A DNA stretch of 64,000 nt. Origin: Acidimicrobiales bacterium (GTDB lineage Bacteria > Actinomycetota > Acidimicrobiia > Acidimicrobiales > Aldehydirespiratoraceae). Position numbers and translations under genes: made by a program. Of the stretch, positions 44,745 through 52,940 are shown piece after piece. The stretch spans positions 2,797 to 66,796 of the forward strand of contig JAWKIR010000004.1 in NCBI GenBank assembly GCA_041394245.1, written 5' to 3'. The notes below the pieces were generated by a model, which was given only the letters and a program-made list of their open reading frames with translations, ran no database searches and was not told the DNA's origin. Each line of letters opens with the position of its first letter. Positions within the stretch are counted from its first letter, which is position 1.

Positions 44745-44758
44745 AAGATACGAATGAT
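44741..44758. promoter_or_regulatory. AT-rich box copy 5 (minus orientation): ATCAT-tcgt-ATCTT-atgt
   Basis: Overlaps the ATG (44742-44744) of the second acyl-CoA ligase, in the 99-nt divergent region shared with the aldolase-like gene. Confidence 0.5.
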
Positions 44759-44843
44759 AAACCTAGCTGACGGCGTTGATCGCGTCGAAAGTGGTGTAAT
44801 ATCCGAATGATTCTGATGTAGAGACCTTGGAAAGGTGTCGAGC

Positions 44844-45590
44844 ATGGCACTCCAGCAAGATGCGTTGGCCGTACCGCCGCTGGGGGTCACGTTGCGCCCC
44901 GAGCAGGAACTCGCCTGCGCGTTTCGCGCGCTCGCCGCGGATGGGTTCAGCGAGAACCTCGCCGGCCACATCACCTGGGTCGATCGCACCGATGGGTCCA
45001 TGCTCGTCAACCCCTGGGGTCTCTGGTGGGGAGAAGTCTCGGCGTCGGACATCTGTCGCATCAGTGCGGGCGGCGCGGTCCTTCAGGGTCATTGGGATGT
45101 CACGCCGGCGATCCACATCCACACCGAGCTTCATCAGGCGCGCCCCGACGCGGCGGTAGTCGTCCACAACCATCCCTACTGGTCGACCGTCCTCGCCGCA
45201 CTCGGTGAGCTTCCTGAGATCTTCCACCAGACGGGTTGCCTCTTCCACGAGGAGATGGTCTTCGTCGACGAGTACGACGGCACCATCGAGACCCCGGAGA
45301 TGGGTTCGGCCCTCGCGGCGGTCATCGGCGACGCGAACATCGCGCTGCTCGCCAACCACGGCGTCATCGCGATGGGCGCCACTCTCGCCGAAGCGGTGTA
45401 CCGAGCCGGGACGTTCGATCGGCAGTGCCGGTTGGCCTACGACGTCCTCCGGGCGGGCGGAAGCCCTCGCTCGGTCCCGGAGGCGGCCCGGCGTCCGTTG
45501 CAGAGGACCTTGGTCGAGCGGGCCGCAGACGTCTACTGGGCCGGCGTCGTGCGTCGCGTGGTCGGGTCAGAGCCGAGAGTGTTGGCGTGA
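44844..45590 (+). CDS. class II aldolase/adducin-family protein
   Basis: HIHTELH...VVHNHP...LLANHGV metal-ligand pattern. ATG 44844 after GGAAAGG (the track starts at GTG 44835). Confidence 0.8.
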   Translation: MALQQDALAVPPLGVTLRPEQELACAFRALAADGFSENLAGHITWVDRTDGSMLVNPWGLWWGEVSASDICRISAGGAVLQGHWDVTPAIHIHTELHQARPDAAVVVHNHPYWSTVLAALGELPEIFHQTGCLFHEEMVFVDEYDGTIETPEMGSALAAVIGDANIALLANHGVIAMGATLAEAVYRAGTFDRQCRLAYDVLRAGGSPRSVPEAARRPLQRTLVERAADVYWAGVVRRVVGSEPRVLA

Positions 45591-45626
45591 CCTCGCGCCG
45601 CCGAAACGACGGAATGAGGACTGAGC

Positions 45627-46901
45627 ATGGCAAGTCTTGAGGAACTCCAGAAGAACACTGCGTTCACTGTTGCCGGCAGGGAGGGCAGCAGGGCGGTCAC
45701 CTTCCTTCCCGAGCCACCGAGGGCGAGACGTCGCTTTCCGGTCATCTCCGTCGACGATCACATCGTCGAACCCCCGCACACATTCGAGGGCCGCTTTCCG
45801 GCGGCGCTTGCGGACCGCGCGCCCCGCGTCGTCGAATCCGACGACGGCGGGCAGGCGTGGGTCTACGACGGTCAGGTGATGCCCAACGTCGGATTCAACG
45901 CCGTCGTCGGTCGTCCGGTGTCGGAATACAGCTTCGAACCGGCACGATTCGATCAGATGCGGCGCGGCGCCTGGGACATCGACCACCGCGTCGCGGACAT
46001 GGACCTCGCCGGGATCTGGGCATCGATGTGCTTTCCGTCCTTTTTGCCCGGGTTCGCCGGTCAGCGTCTTCAGCTGACGGTCGACGACCCTGCGCTGGCG
46101 TTGGCATCGGTGCGCGCGTGGAACGACTGGTGCATCGAGGAATGGGCCGGAACTCATCCAGGCCGGATCATCCCGATGCAGCTCCCCTACCTCCTCGACG
46201 TCGAGATCGCCGCCGAGGAAGTGCGGCGCAACGCCGATCGGGGGTTCAAGGCGATGACGTTCTCCGAAGCACCCGACAAACTGGGTCTCCCCAGCCTCCA
46301 CAGCGGTCACTGGGATCCGCTGATGGCCGCCTGCGAAGAAACGGACACGGTCGTCTCGTTGCACATCGGATCGTCGGGAGAATCGCCGTCCACCGCGGCG
46401 GACGCTCCGCCAGATGTCGTCGGCGTGCTGTTCTTCGGCCACGCGATGTTCTCCGCCACGGACTGGCTCTACTCGCAGATCCCCGTCCGGTTTCCCGGTC
46501 TCAAACTGTGCATGTCCGAGGGGGGCATCGGGTGGGTCGCCGGTCTCCTCGACCGACTCGACCACGTGCTCAAGTACCAGGAGATGTACGGCACCTGGAA
46601 AAGCGACCTCACGCCTCGCGAGGTCATGCAGCGCAACTTCTGGTTCTGTGCAATCGATGATCCCGCAGGCTTCGAAACCCGCCACCACATCGGGGTCGAT
46701 CACATTCTGATCGAGTCCGATTACCCACACGCCGACTCGAACTGGCCCGACACGCAGGCACACTTCCAGCGTCAGTTCCGAGACATCCCCGACGACGAAG
46801 TCGCGCGGATGGCTTGGCAGAACGCGGCAGACCTGTTCCGCCTCGACGTCCCGGCCCCTGTGATCGCCGACCCCAACGCGCTCTGGCCCAGCGAGCGCTG
46901 A
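45627..46901 (+). CDS. amidohydrolase-2 family protein (ACMSD/decarboxylase-hydratase type)
   Basis: ISVDDHIVEP N-terminal metal motif, SLHIGSS, and C-terminal ESDYPHAD. Confidence 0.8.
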   Translation: MASLEELQKNTAFTVAGREGSRAVTFLPEPPRARRRFPVISVDDHIVEPPHTFEGRFPAALADRAPRVVESDDGGQAWVYDGQVMPNVGFNAVVGRPVSEYSFEPARFDQMRRGAWDIDHRVADMDLAGIWASMCFPSFLPGFAGQRLQLTVDDPALALASVRAWNDWCIEEWAGTHPGRIIPMQLPYLLDVEIAAEEVRRNADRGFKAMTFSEAPDKLGLPSLHSGHWDPLMAACEETDTVVSLHIGSSGESPSTAADAPPDVVGVLFFGHAMFSATDWLYSQIPVRFPGLKLCMSEGGIGWVAGLLDRLDHVLKYQEMYGTWKSDLTPREVMQRNFWFCAIDDPAGFETRHHIGVDHILIESDYPHADSNWPDTQAHFQRQFRDIPDDEVARMAWQNAADLFRLDVPAPVIADPNALWPSER

Positions 46902-46912
46902 TCTTCGCAGGG

Positions 46913-47074
46913 TCAATCGTCGTCGGTGGGGAGCGTCTCGCCCTCGTTGTCGCAGATCCGCGGGTTCTGCGCGAGTTCGACGGATTGCATGGCCAGGCTT
47001 CCGGCGATGACGGCCCCGTGAATCGTGAGGGCGAAGACGGCGACGCCGATGATGAAGATCCAGATCTCACTCAT
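46913..47074 (-). CDS. small membrane protein (53 aa)
   Basis: MSEIWIFIIGVAVFALTIHGAVIAG... is one TM helix plus an acidic tail. GC3-rich. The start overlaps the native stop of the SBP pseudogene by 8 nt. Confidence 0.45.
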   Translation of the reverse strand: MSEIWIFIIGVAVFALTIHGAVIAGSLAMQSVELAQNPRICDNEGETLPTDDD

Positions 47075-47711
47075 TGGTGACCCTTCCGGCCGGCTGGGCG
47101 GCAGCATCGTTCTCCCAGACGGCCTGCACCTCGGGATCGGCCGCGACCTCGGCGTTGACCGGCAGATACGAGCCCTTGGGGTGGATGATCTTCTGCTGGC
47201 CGGCCTCGGAGCGGTCGGGGAACGGCGCGACGTCGACGTCGATGGTCAGGTCGGTCGTGCCGACGGCCTCCGGGTCGAGTCAGGCGTCGGCGATCAGGTC
47301 CGACAGGTTCGACGTCCCGCCGAGCACGCCGGCGATCGTGGTCGACGCCGTGGAGGTCTCGAAGAGCATCGACGCGGTGCCCGGGTTCGCCAGGGCAAGG
47401 AACTGGCCGACCTCGCCGGGCACGTTGCTGAACGGGAGGATGAGTCCCTCGTCGTTCATCTCCTTCAGGAGTTCGTAGATCTCGAGCGCCTCGGGACCGT
47501 TGAAGATGGCTTCGGTGGCGTTGCCGGCCCGGCCGTTGTCGGCGTTGATCAGCGCGACGTCGGCACCGGTGAGCCAGGTGTCGACGAATAAGCCCTGCAT
47601 CAGGAACGACAGGGGGGTCGTGGCGACGCCCGCTGCCTTGATGGCCCGGCCGGCGTCGCGCACCTCGGCGAGGGTCTGCGGTGGCGAATCGGGATCGAGG
47701 CCGGCCTCCTC

Positions 47712-47759
47712 GAAGTGGGTGCGGTTGTAGTAGAGGAAGTGGGTGCGGTTGTAGTAGAG
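47712..47759. repeat. perfect 24-bp tandem duplication inside the SBP pseudogene
   Basis: gaagtgggtgcggttgtagtagag x2. Encodes LYYNRTHF twice. Confidence 0.95.
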
Positions 47760-47852
47760 CACCGGCGTCGAGATGAAGGTGGCGGACGGATAGAGCGTCC
47801 CCTCGATGCTGAACGACGAGCGGATTAACTCGTCGATCCCGGTCAGGGGCAA

Positions 47853-48821
47853 CTAGTTGTAGATCCCAGTGAGGTTGTTCAGTCGTCTTCGTGGTGAAGG
47901 CGACTGATGGGTGTCTTGTGGCCGAGGGCGCTGTGGAGTCGTTGGTTGTTGTATCGCCAGACCCAGGGTCCGCCAGACCCAGGGTCCGAGTGCCTCGCGG
48001 CGCTGGTCTGAGCTCTGGTAGACGGCAGCGTAGGCCCATTCGCGCAGCATGGTTTGAATGAAGCGTTCTGCTTTGCCGTTGGTGCGGGGACGGTATGGCC
48101 GGGTCCGGAGGTGTCGGATCTCGAGCTCGGTGCAGTGCTCGGCCCAGGCTTTTGAGACGTAGGCGGAGCCGTTGTCGGTCATGACCCGTTCGATGGTGAT
48201 GCCGTGGGCGGCGAACCAGGCGATGGCCCGATCCAAGAACCCGATACAGGTCACGGTTTTCTGGTCGGGGAGTACTTCGTGGTAGGCGACGCGGCTGGTG
48301 TCATCGACACAGACATGCACGGCTTCCCAGCCGGCCTGGTGGGTGTGGTGTCCGGGTCCGCGGCCGGTCACGCGATGGCCGGGCTTGTTGAAACGGCCGA
48401 GTTTCTTGATGTCGATGTGGATCAACTCGCCGGGGTGGCGGCGGCAATACCGGTTCGGTGGCTCCGGCGGTTCGAGCTTCGATAACCGGTTCAGACCGAT
48501 CCGTTTCAACACCGAGGTCACGGTCGACAACGGCATCGACAGCTTCTCCGCGATCTGCGGACCGGTCATCCGCAACCGGCGCAGCGCCTCGATCACCGCT
48601 TCGGTCTCGGCCGGCGTGCGCGTCGGCGAAGAGTGCGGCCGCGACGATCGATCGGTCATTGGTTCGCCGGCGTCGAAACGAGCCAACCACTTCTGGACGG
48701 TTCGTTCGCTGCACCCGGCCGCCGCTGCGGCCCTGGCGATCGGCCAGCCCTGGCGGCGGACTCGGCGGCACATCAGCTCGCGCTGAAACGGACAAAGGCG
48801 GGCGTTACCGTGAAGATCCAC
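47853..48821 (-). pseudogene. IS481-family DDE transposase, C-terminus frameshifted by a 16-bp duplication
   Basis: GTG start. N-terminal HTH (GCSERTVQKWLARF) and DRSSRPHSSP. DDE core (IHIDIKK...TDNGSAY...TNGKAERF). Deleting one 16-bp copy restores WRYNNQRLHSALGHKTPISRLHHEDD with a stop at 47879-47881. Confidence 0.8.
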
Positions 48822-48903
48822 GGGTCTCCTTGAGGTGTGAGTGACTAAGCACCCTCATTCTCAAGGAGACCCACCAAACCGAACAACGTCCTCAGGATCT
48901 ACA
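47858..48903 (-). mobile_element. IS481-family insertion sequence (1046 bp) with about 23-bp imperfect terminal inverted repeats and a 6-bp ACTAGT target-site duplication
   Basis: Ends are TGTAGATCCCAGTGAGGTTGTTC and, reverse-complemented, TGTAGATCCTGAGGACGTTGTTC. ACTAGT lies at 47852-47857 and 48904-48909, matching the NCTAGN target preference known for IS481. Confidence 0.85.
47957..47988. repeat. perfect 16-bp tandem duplication (ccagacccagggtccg x2) inside the transposase gene
   Basis: Read directly from the sequence. The length is not a multiple of 3, so it shifts the reading frame. Confidence 0.95.
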
Positions 48904-49150
48904 ACTAGTCGGCCTCGACACAGCTCTGGGCCGGCAGGATCGTGCCCGAGTCGACGACGTCACGAAAGGCCTGGGCGTCGGTGACGGCCAGGGCCGGGAG
49001 GTCATCGAACGCGATCGACTCGCGGTACTTGGCGAGCAGTTCCTCGTAGCTCCCCTGCGCCTGGGGCGTGACCACGATCTTGTCCTGGTTGGCGTTGAAT
49101 CAAAGCCGGACGAGGAACGAGGAGTTCGCGGTCGAGCGCGACCGCCGGGA

Positions 49151-49561
49151 TCAGGCGACGAGCAGGCGCTCGTCGACGCCTTCGAGCACACGTGCGGAGA
49201 TCGCCGGGCACGCTCGCAACAGCGAGGTGAACTCTCGCCGGCTGAACGCGTAGACGATGCTGTCGTGCGTCGCGGTCACGGTCGCGTTGCGCGGCTGCGA
49301 GGTCAGCAGAGCGATCTCGCCCATGAAGTCGCCGGGAACGAGGTCGGCGATCCACTCGCCGTCGCGCTCGACGACGAACGAACCGTCGACGACGACCATG
49401 CATTCACGGCCGACGGCGTTCTCGACCATGGCGGTGCGGCCTGCGGCAATGCGGACTGCGGTTCCCATGGACTGCAGCACCTGGAGCTCGCGGGCCGGGA
49501 CGGCCTCGGCGAGCGCGCTCTCGGAGAGGGGGGTGGGGATCGGGTTGATGCGTCGGAACAT
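49151..49561 (-). CDS. stand-alone cyclic-nucleotide-binding domain protein (136 aa)
   Basis: GDFMGEIALLTSQPRNATVTA is the cNMP-binding phosphate-binding-cassette pattern. No DNA-binding domain follows. AGGAGG RBS before ATG 49561. Confidence 0.75.
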   Translation of the reverse strand: MFRRINPIPTPLSESALAEAVPARELQVLQSMGTAVRIAAGRTAMVENAVGRECMVVVDGSFVVERDGEWIADLVPGDFMGEIALLTSQPRNATVTATHDSIVYAFSRREFTSLLRACPAISARVLEGVDERLLVA

Positions 49562-49774
49562 GTCGACACCTCCTGCTGACAGGCTACGGAGCCTGCGGTT
49601 CTTCCGGATGCACGCGTGGTCGCGCTCCACAGATTCCATCGGCGCACAGTGAGGCTGCCTTGACCCGAATGCGCGTGACCTCGGTCGCACCCTGGCTGGC
49701 GGTCGTCGGTCACCCGACGTAGACGTGACCTACGGCCCTGCCCGCTGTCTCCCCGGTTCTGCCATCATCACGAC

Positions 49775-51433
49775 GTGAGCGACACCTCGGATCCGCGTCT
49801 CGATGCGCTCGAAGCGCGCGTGTTGCAGCTCGAGTCCGAACTCGCCGAACTCCGTCGCCCGTCCTCGCTCGTGGAAGCGGCGCCGCAGCCTCCGCCGCCG
49901 TCGCCCGATTCGTTGTTCGTTCCCGGCGCCCCGCAACCGTCGGTCCCGCCCGAACCCCGAACCCCGATCGCCGTCGAGAGCGAGACGGTGCTCAAGTGGG
50001 TGGGAGTGACGCTCGTCGTCCTCGCCGTCGGTTTCGCGGTGAGCACGGCGATCAGTCGCGGATGGATCGGGCCCGAGCTCCAGCTGGCCGGCGCGGTGGC
50101 GCTCGCCATCGCGTTGGTCGCCGCCGGGCTGCGGCTGCGCGACACCCGCATCGCGTGGGCCCACGCACTGTGCTCGGGCGGCGTGGCCGCGCTCTTCACG
50201 ACGTTCGCGTCGAGCCTCTTCGTCGATCAGACGAACACCGATGTCGCGTTCGCCGCCATCGCTGCCGTGGCGGTGGCCGGCTACGCACTCGCCCGGTTGG
50301 TGCCGTCGGAATGGGTCGCCATCGTCGCACTCGCGGGAGCCCTCGTCGGATGGTTCGTGGTCGCCGACGGCACCCCGCCCTTCGAGAGCACGCTGGCACT
50401 CGCCGCCGGGCTCGCGCTGGTCGCCGTCGGGCTGTCGCTCGACCGCGGCTGGTTCGGGCTGCGCCTGCTCGGGCATCTCACGGCACTGGTGATGATCCTC
50501 GCGCTGGCGTCCGACGCCGACACCGGTCCTCGCCAGGCCGCCATCGTGGCCGCCGTGATCGCGGCATTCCTGTCGCTCGCCCGGGTGCCGAGCATCGGAG
50601 ACCAGGACAACCCCTGGGTGCAGATCGAGACCCAGCTGGCGATGGTCGGTGCGCCCTGGGCGGTGGCGGTGGGTGCAGCGACATTCGAGATCGACGACCG
50701 CTACGAGATCGGGTTGTCGGCCTTCGCGGTCGCCCTTGTGACCGCAGGTGTCGCGGTCGCGCTCCAACCCGTTCTCCGCCGAGTCCATCTGACATCGCTC
50801 GTGGTCGGCGCGAGCGTGGCGGTCACGATCGGGCTCGCCTCGGTGCTCGACACCGAAGCCGTGTTCGTGGCGCTCGCCGTGCAGGGCGCCGGGCTGCTGG
50901 CGATCGGGCGTCAGTTCGGCAGCACGATCAGGCTGCCGATCAACGCCGGCATCCTGCTCTTCATCGCGGCGATGTCTGCGCTGGTGGGCGGCGTCGACGC
51001 GTGGAGCGACGACGCGTCGGTCGGCGTCGACCTCGCCCATGCGGCCGTGATCGTCCTCCTGGGTGTCGCCTCTTGGCAGACCGGTAGCGACCTCGTCCGC
51101 CGCTGGGGCGCGGCCGTCGTGCTCGGCCTCACGCTGATCTGGCTCGGTTCGGTGCTCGTCCATCTGCCCGAGGGTCAGGCCGCCGTGTCGGTTTCGTGGG
51201 CAGTCGTCGGTACGGCCCTGCTCGTCGCCGGCGCCGTCCGCAAGGTGCCCGAGCTCGGCGCGGCCGGCCTGGCGGTGCTGGCGCTCACCGTCGGCAAACT
51301 GCTCCTCGTCGACATGCAGGAGGTCGACACGCTGTGGCGGGCCGGACTCTTCCTCCTCGTCGGCCTCGGTCTCATGCGGCTCGGGTTCCTGCTGCCTCGC
51401 CTCACCGGAGTCGACGACCGCGACCGCCGGTGA
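49775..51433 (+). CDS. polytopic membrane protein, DUF2339-like
   Basis: N-terminal coiled-coil (LDALEARVLQLESELAELR), a Pro-rich linker, then more than 12 TM helices. GTG start. Confidence 0.65.
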   Translation: MSDTSDPRLDALEARVLQLESELAELRRPSSLVEAAPQPPPPSPDSLFVPGAPQPSVPPEPRTPIAVESETVLKWVGVTLVVLAVGFAVSTAISRGWIGPELQLAGAVALAIALVAAGLRLRDTRIAWAHALCSGGVAALFTTFASSLFVDQTNTDVAFAAIAAVAVAGYALARLVPSEWVAIVALAGALVGWFVVADGTPPFESTLALAAGLALVAVGLSLDRGWFGLRLLGHLTALVMILALASDADTGPRQAAIVAAVIAAFLSLARVPSIGDQDNPWVQIETQLAMVGAPWAVAVGAATFEIDDRYEIGLSAFAVALVTAGVAVALQPVLRRVHLTSLVVGASVAVTIGLASVLDTEAVFVALAVQGAGLLAIGRQFGSTIRLPINAGILLFIAAMSALVGGVDAWSDDASVGVDLAHAAVIVLLGVASWQTGSDLVRRWGAAVVLGLTLIWLGSVLVHLPEGQAAVSVSWAVVGTALLVAGAVRKVPELGAAGLAVLALTVGKLLLVDMQEVDTLWRAGLFLLVGLGLMRLGFLLPRLTGVDDRDRR

Positions 51434-51702
51434 GGGTCCTGCGATGGTGGTTCGAGAACCGCGAGACGGGCGCCATCACCGTGGCCCAGTTCCCCAACTG
51501 GCCGCTGTTCGGCGTCGGTTCGGCCTGGCTCGTCGGCTGGATCGCGAGTGACGGTTCACGGCTCCACGACATCGCCGGCGTCGCCGCGACGGGGCTGTGG
51601 CTCTACTGGGGGGCCGATGAGCTGGTCCGTGGGGTGAACCCGTGGCGGCGCCTGCTCGGGTCCACCGCGATCGCATGGCAGCTGGGCGGACTGGTGCGCT
51701 GA
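51430..51702 (+). CDS. small membrane protein (90 aa)
   Basis: GTG 51430 overlaps the upstream stop (GTGA). Two or three hydrophobic helices. GC3-rich. Confidence 0.55.
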   Translation: MRVLRWWFENRETGAITVAQFPNWPLFGVGSAWLVGWIASDGSRLHDIAGVAATGLWLYWGADELVRGVNPWRRLLGSTAIAWQLGGLVR

Positions 51703-51795
51703 CCGGGTTGAAGTACCGCAACTGGCAGTCGATCGGGTCGACGTGCGTTCTCCATGTTCCGGAACGGGTCCCCGTCGGCGCCCGGCGTCGGCAGG

Positions 51796-52851
51796 TCAGT
51801 CGCGGGTCGACCAGTAACGCGCGACGCGATCGACGAACGCGGTCGGGGTCTCCGCGTAGAGCCGTGTCGCCAGCACCGACGCCACGGTCATCAACTCGCC
51901 GCGCTCGTGCCCGCACAAGGATTCGACGACCGCGGCGGTGATCTCGTCGACGGCGACAGGCCGAGAGTCGTCGGGCCCGGGCTCCAAGGTCGATCGGAGC
52001 GCCCCGATGTGTGCGTACTCGGCGAGGACATCGGCCAGGTCGAGCGACGTGGCGACGGTGCCGGCCATGCCGTCGGGCCAAGCAGCGCTGATCAGCTCGA
52101 CCTGATGGGCCAGGTCTCGCGCATGACGCTGCCACATGGGCGACTCGCGTTCTTTGCCGGCGCACTTCCGACCCTTGCGGTAGCTGCGCTCGAGGCCCTC
52201 GGCGAAGGCGTCGAAGGAGTCGGGCACCGGCCGTTGGCCGTGCATCGGCTGATCCACGGGCCAGGCCGCGAAGCGGGCCCGGGCCCGACGCAACTGGTGG
52301 ACCACGTCCTCGAGCGCGCCGCCCGGCTGGAGCGCGGGCAGCTGCTCGAGCCGTGCCAGTTGATGGCGTTCCACGAGCTGGTCCCGGAGATCGGCGAGTG
52401 CGTCGGGGCGCAAGGCCGATTCGTAGCGGGAACGGATCTCGTCGAGCGAGCGGATCTCGATGGAACCGGCAACCAGCCGATCGAGAAGCGCCGTGGCATC
52501 CCGCAGGATCGCGATCTCTGCAGCGCAGGTGTCGGCCCCGATCGACGAGCGGACGAGCCGCAGGAGCGCGGCGATCCGACCGAGACTCGATGCTGCGGTC
52601 GACACGGCGGCGCCGATCTCGATGCCGGGGTCGGACAGCGCATCGATCGCGACGCTGAACTGGTGTGTGGTGATCCGCTGCAGGGCGGTCGCGACCGACT
52701 CGTCGGTGCCGATCACGTGTGGTTCGGCGACGACGGCGGGGAGATAGCGCCGGCGTGGCATCGCCGCCTTCACCCGAGTGAGCTGCACGGGCATCCCCAT
52801 CACGCCGCCCCGCTCCGTTGGCTCCACAGCGAACGGCATCCGGTCCTCCAC
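51796..52851 (-). CDS. CHAD-domain protein
   Basis: All-helical. Arg/His-rich repeated helices (VHQLRRARARF..., RHARDLAHQVELI) typical of CHAD. Start uncertain. Confidence 0.55.
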   Translation of the reverse strand: MEDRMPFAVEPTERGGVMGMPVQLTRVKAAMPRRRYLPAVVAEPHVIGTDESVATALQRITTHQFSVAIDALSDPGIEIGAAVSTAASSLGRIAALLRLVRSSIGADTCAAEIAILRDATALLDRLVAGSIEIRSLDEIRSRYESALRPDALADLRDQLVERHQLARLEQLPALQPGGALEDVVHQLRRARARFAAWPVDQPMHGQRPVPDSFDAFAEGLERSYRKGRKCAGKERESPMWQRHARDLAHQVELISAAWPDGMAGTVATSLDLADVLAEYAHIGALRSTLEPGPDDSRPVAVDEITAAVVESLCGHERGELMTVASVLATRLYAETPTAFVDRVARYWSTRD

Positions 52852-52940
52852 ACAACCCGCTTCGGACGGTCAACCTACTGCCGGAGGGGGCGCCTGTCCC
52901 GTTCGGGCGCGGCGGTGCGCTAGACCGGCCCGATGACCCG

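Larger units (their letters stand above)
47067..49099 (-). pseudogene. sugar-type (family 1) ABC substrate-binding protein pseudogene, interrupted by an IS481-family element
   Basis: One reading frame carries FNANQDKIVV...VEAD | LPLTGIDEL...YYNRTHFEEAGLDPDSPPQTLAE... | LDPEAVG...RVTNE. It has in-frame stops at 49100-49102, in the ACTAGT target site, and at 47280-47282. The signal peptide and N-terminus are missing. Confidence 0.8.

Noticed and set aside
47280-47282. In-frame TGA in the SBP gene as selenocysteine or programmed read-through
   Set aside because: The same gene carries two other in-frame stops, an IS insertion and an N-terminal truncation. I could identify no SECIS-like element. 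A pseudogene is the simpler explanation.
47957-47988. Programmed ribosomal frameshift in the transposase
   Set aside because: The frame change coincides exactly with a perfect 16-bp duplication and there is no slippery heptamer. IS481-type transposases are normally a single ORF.
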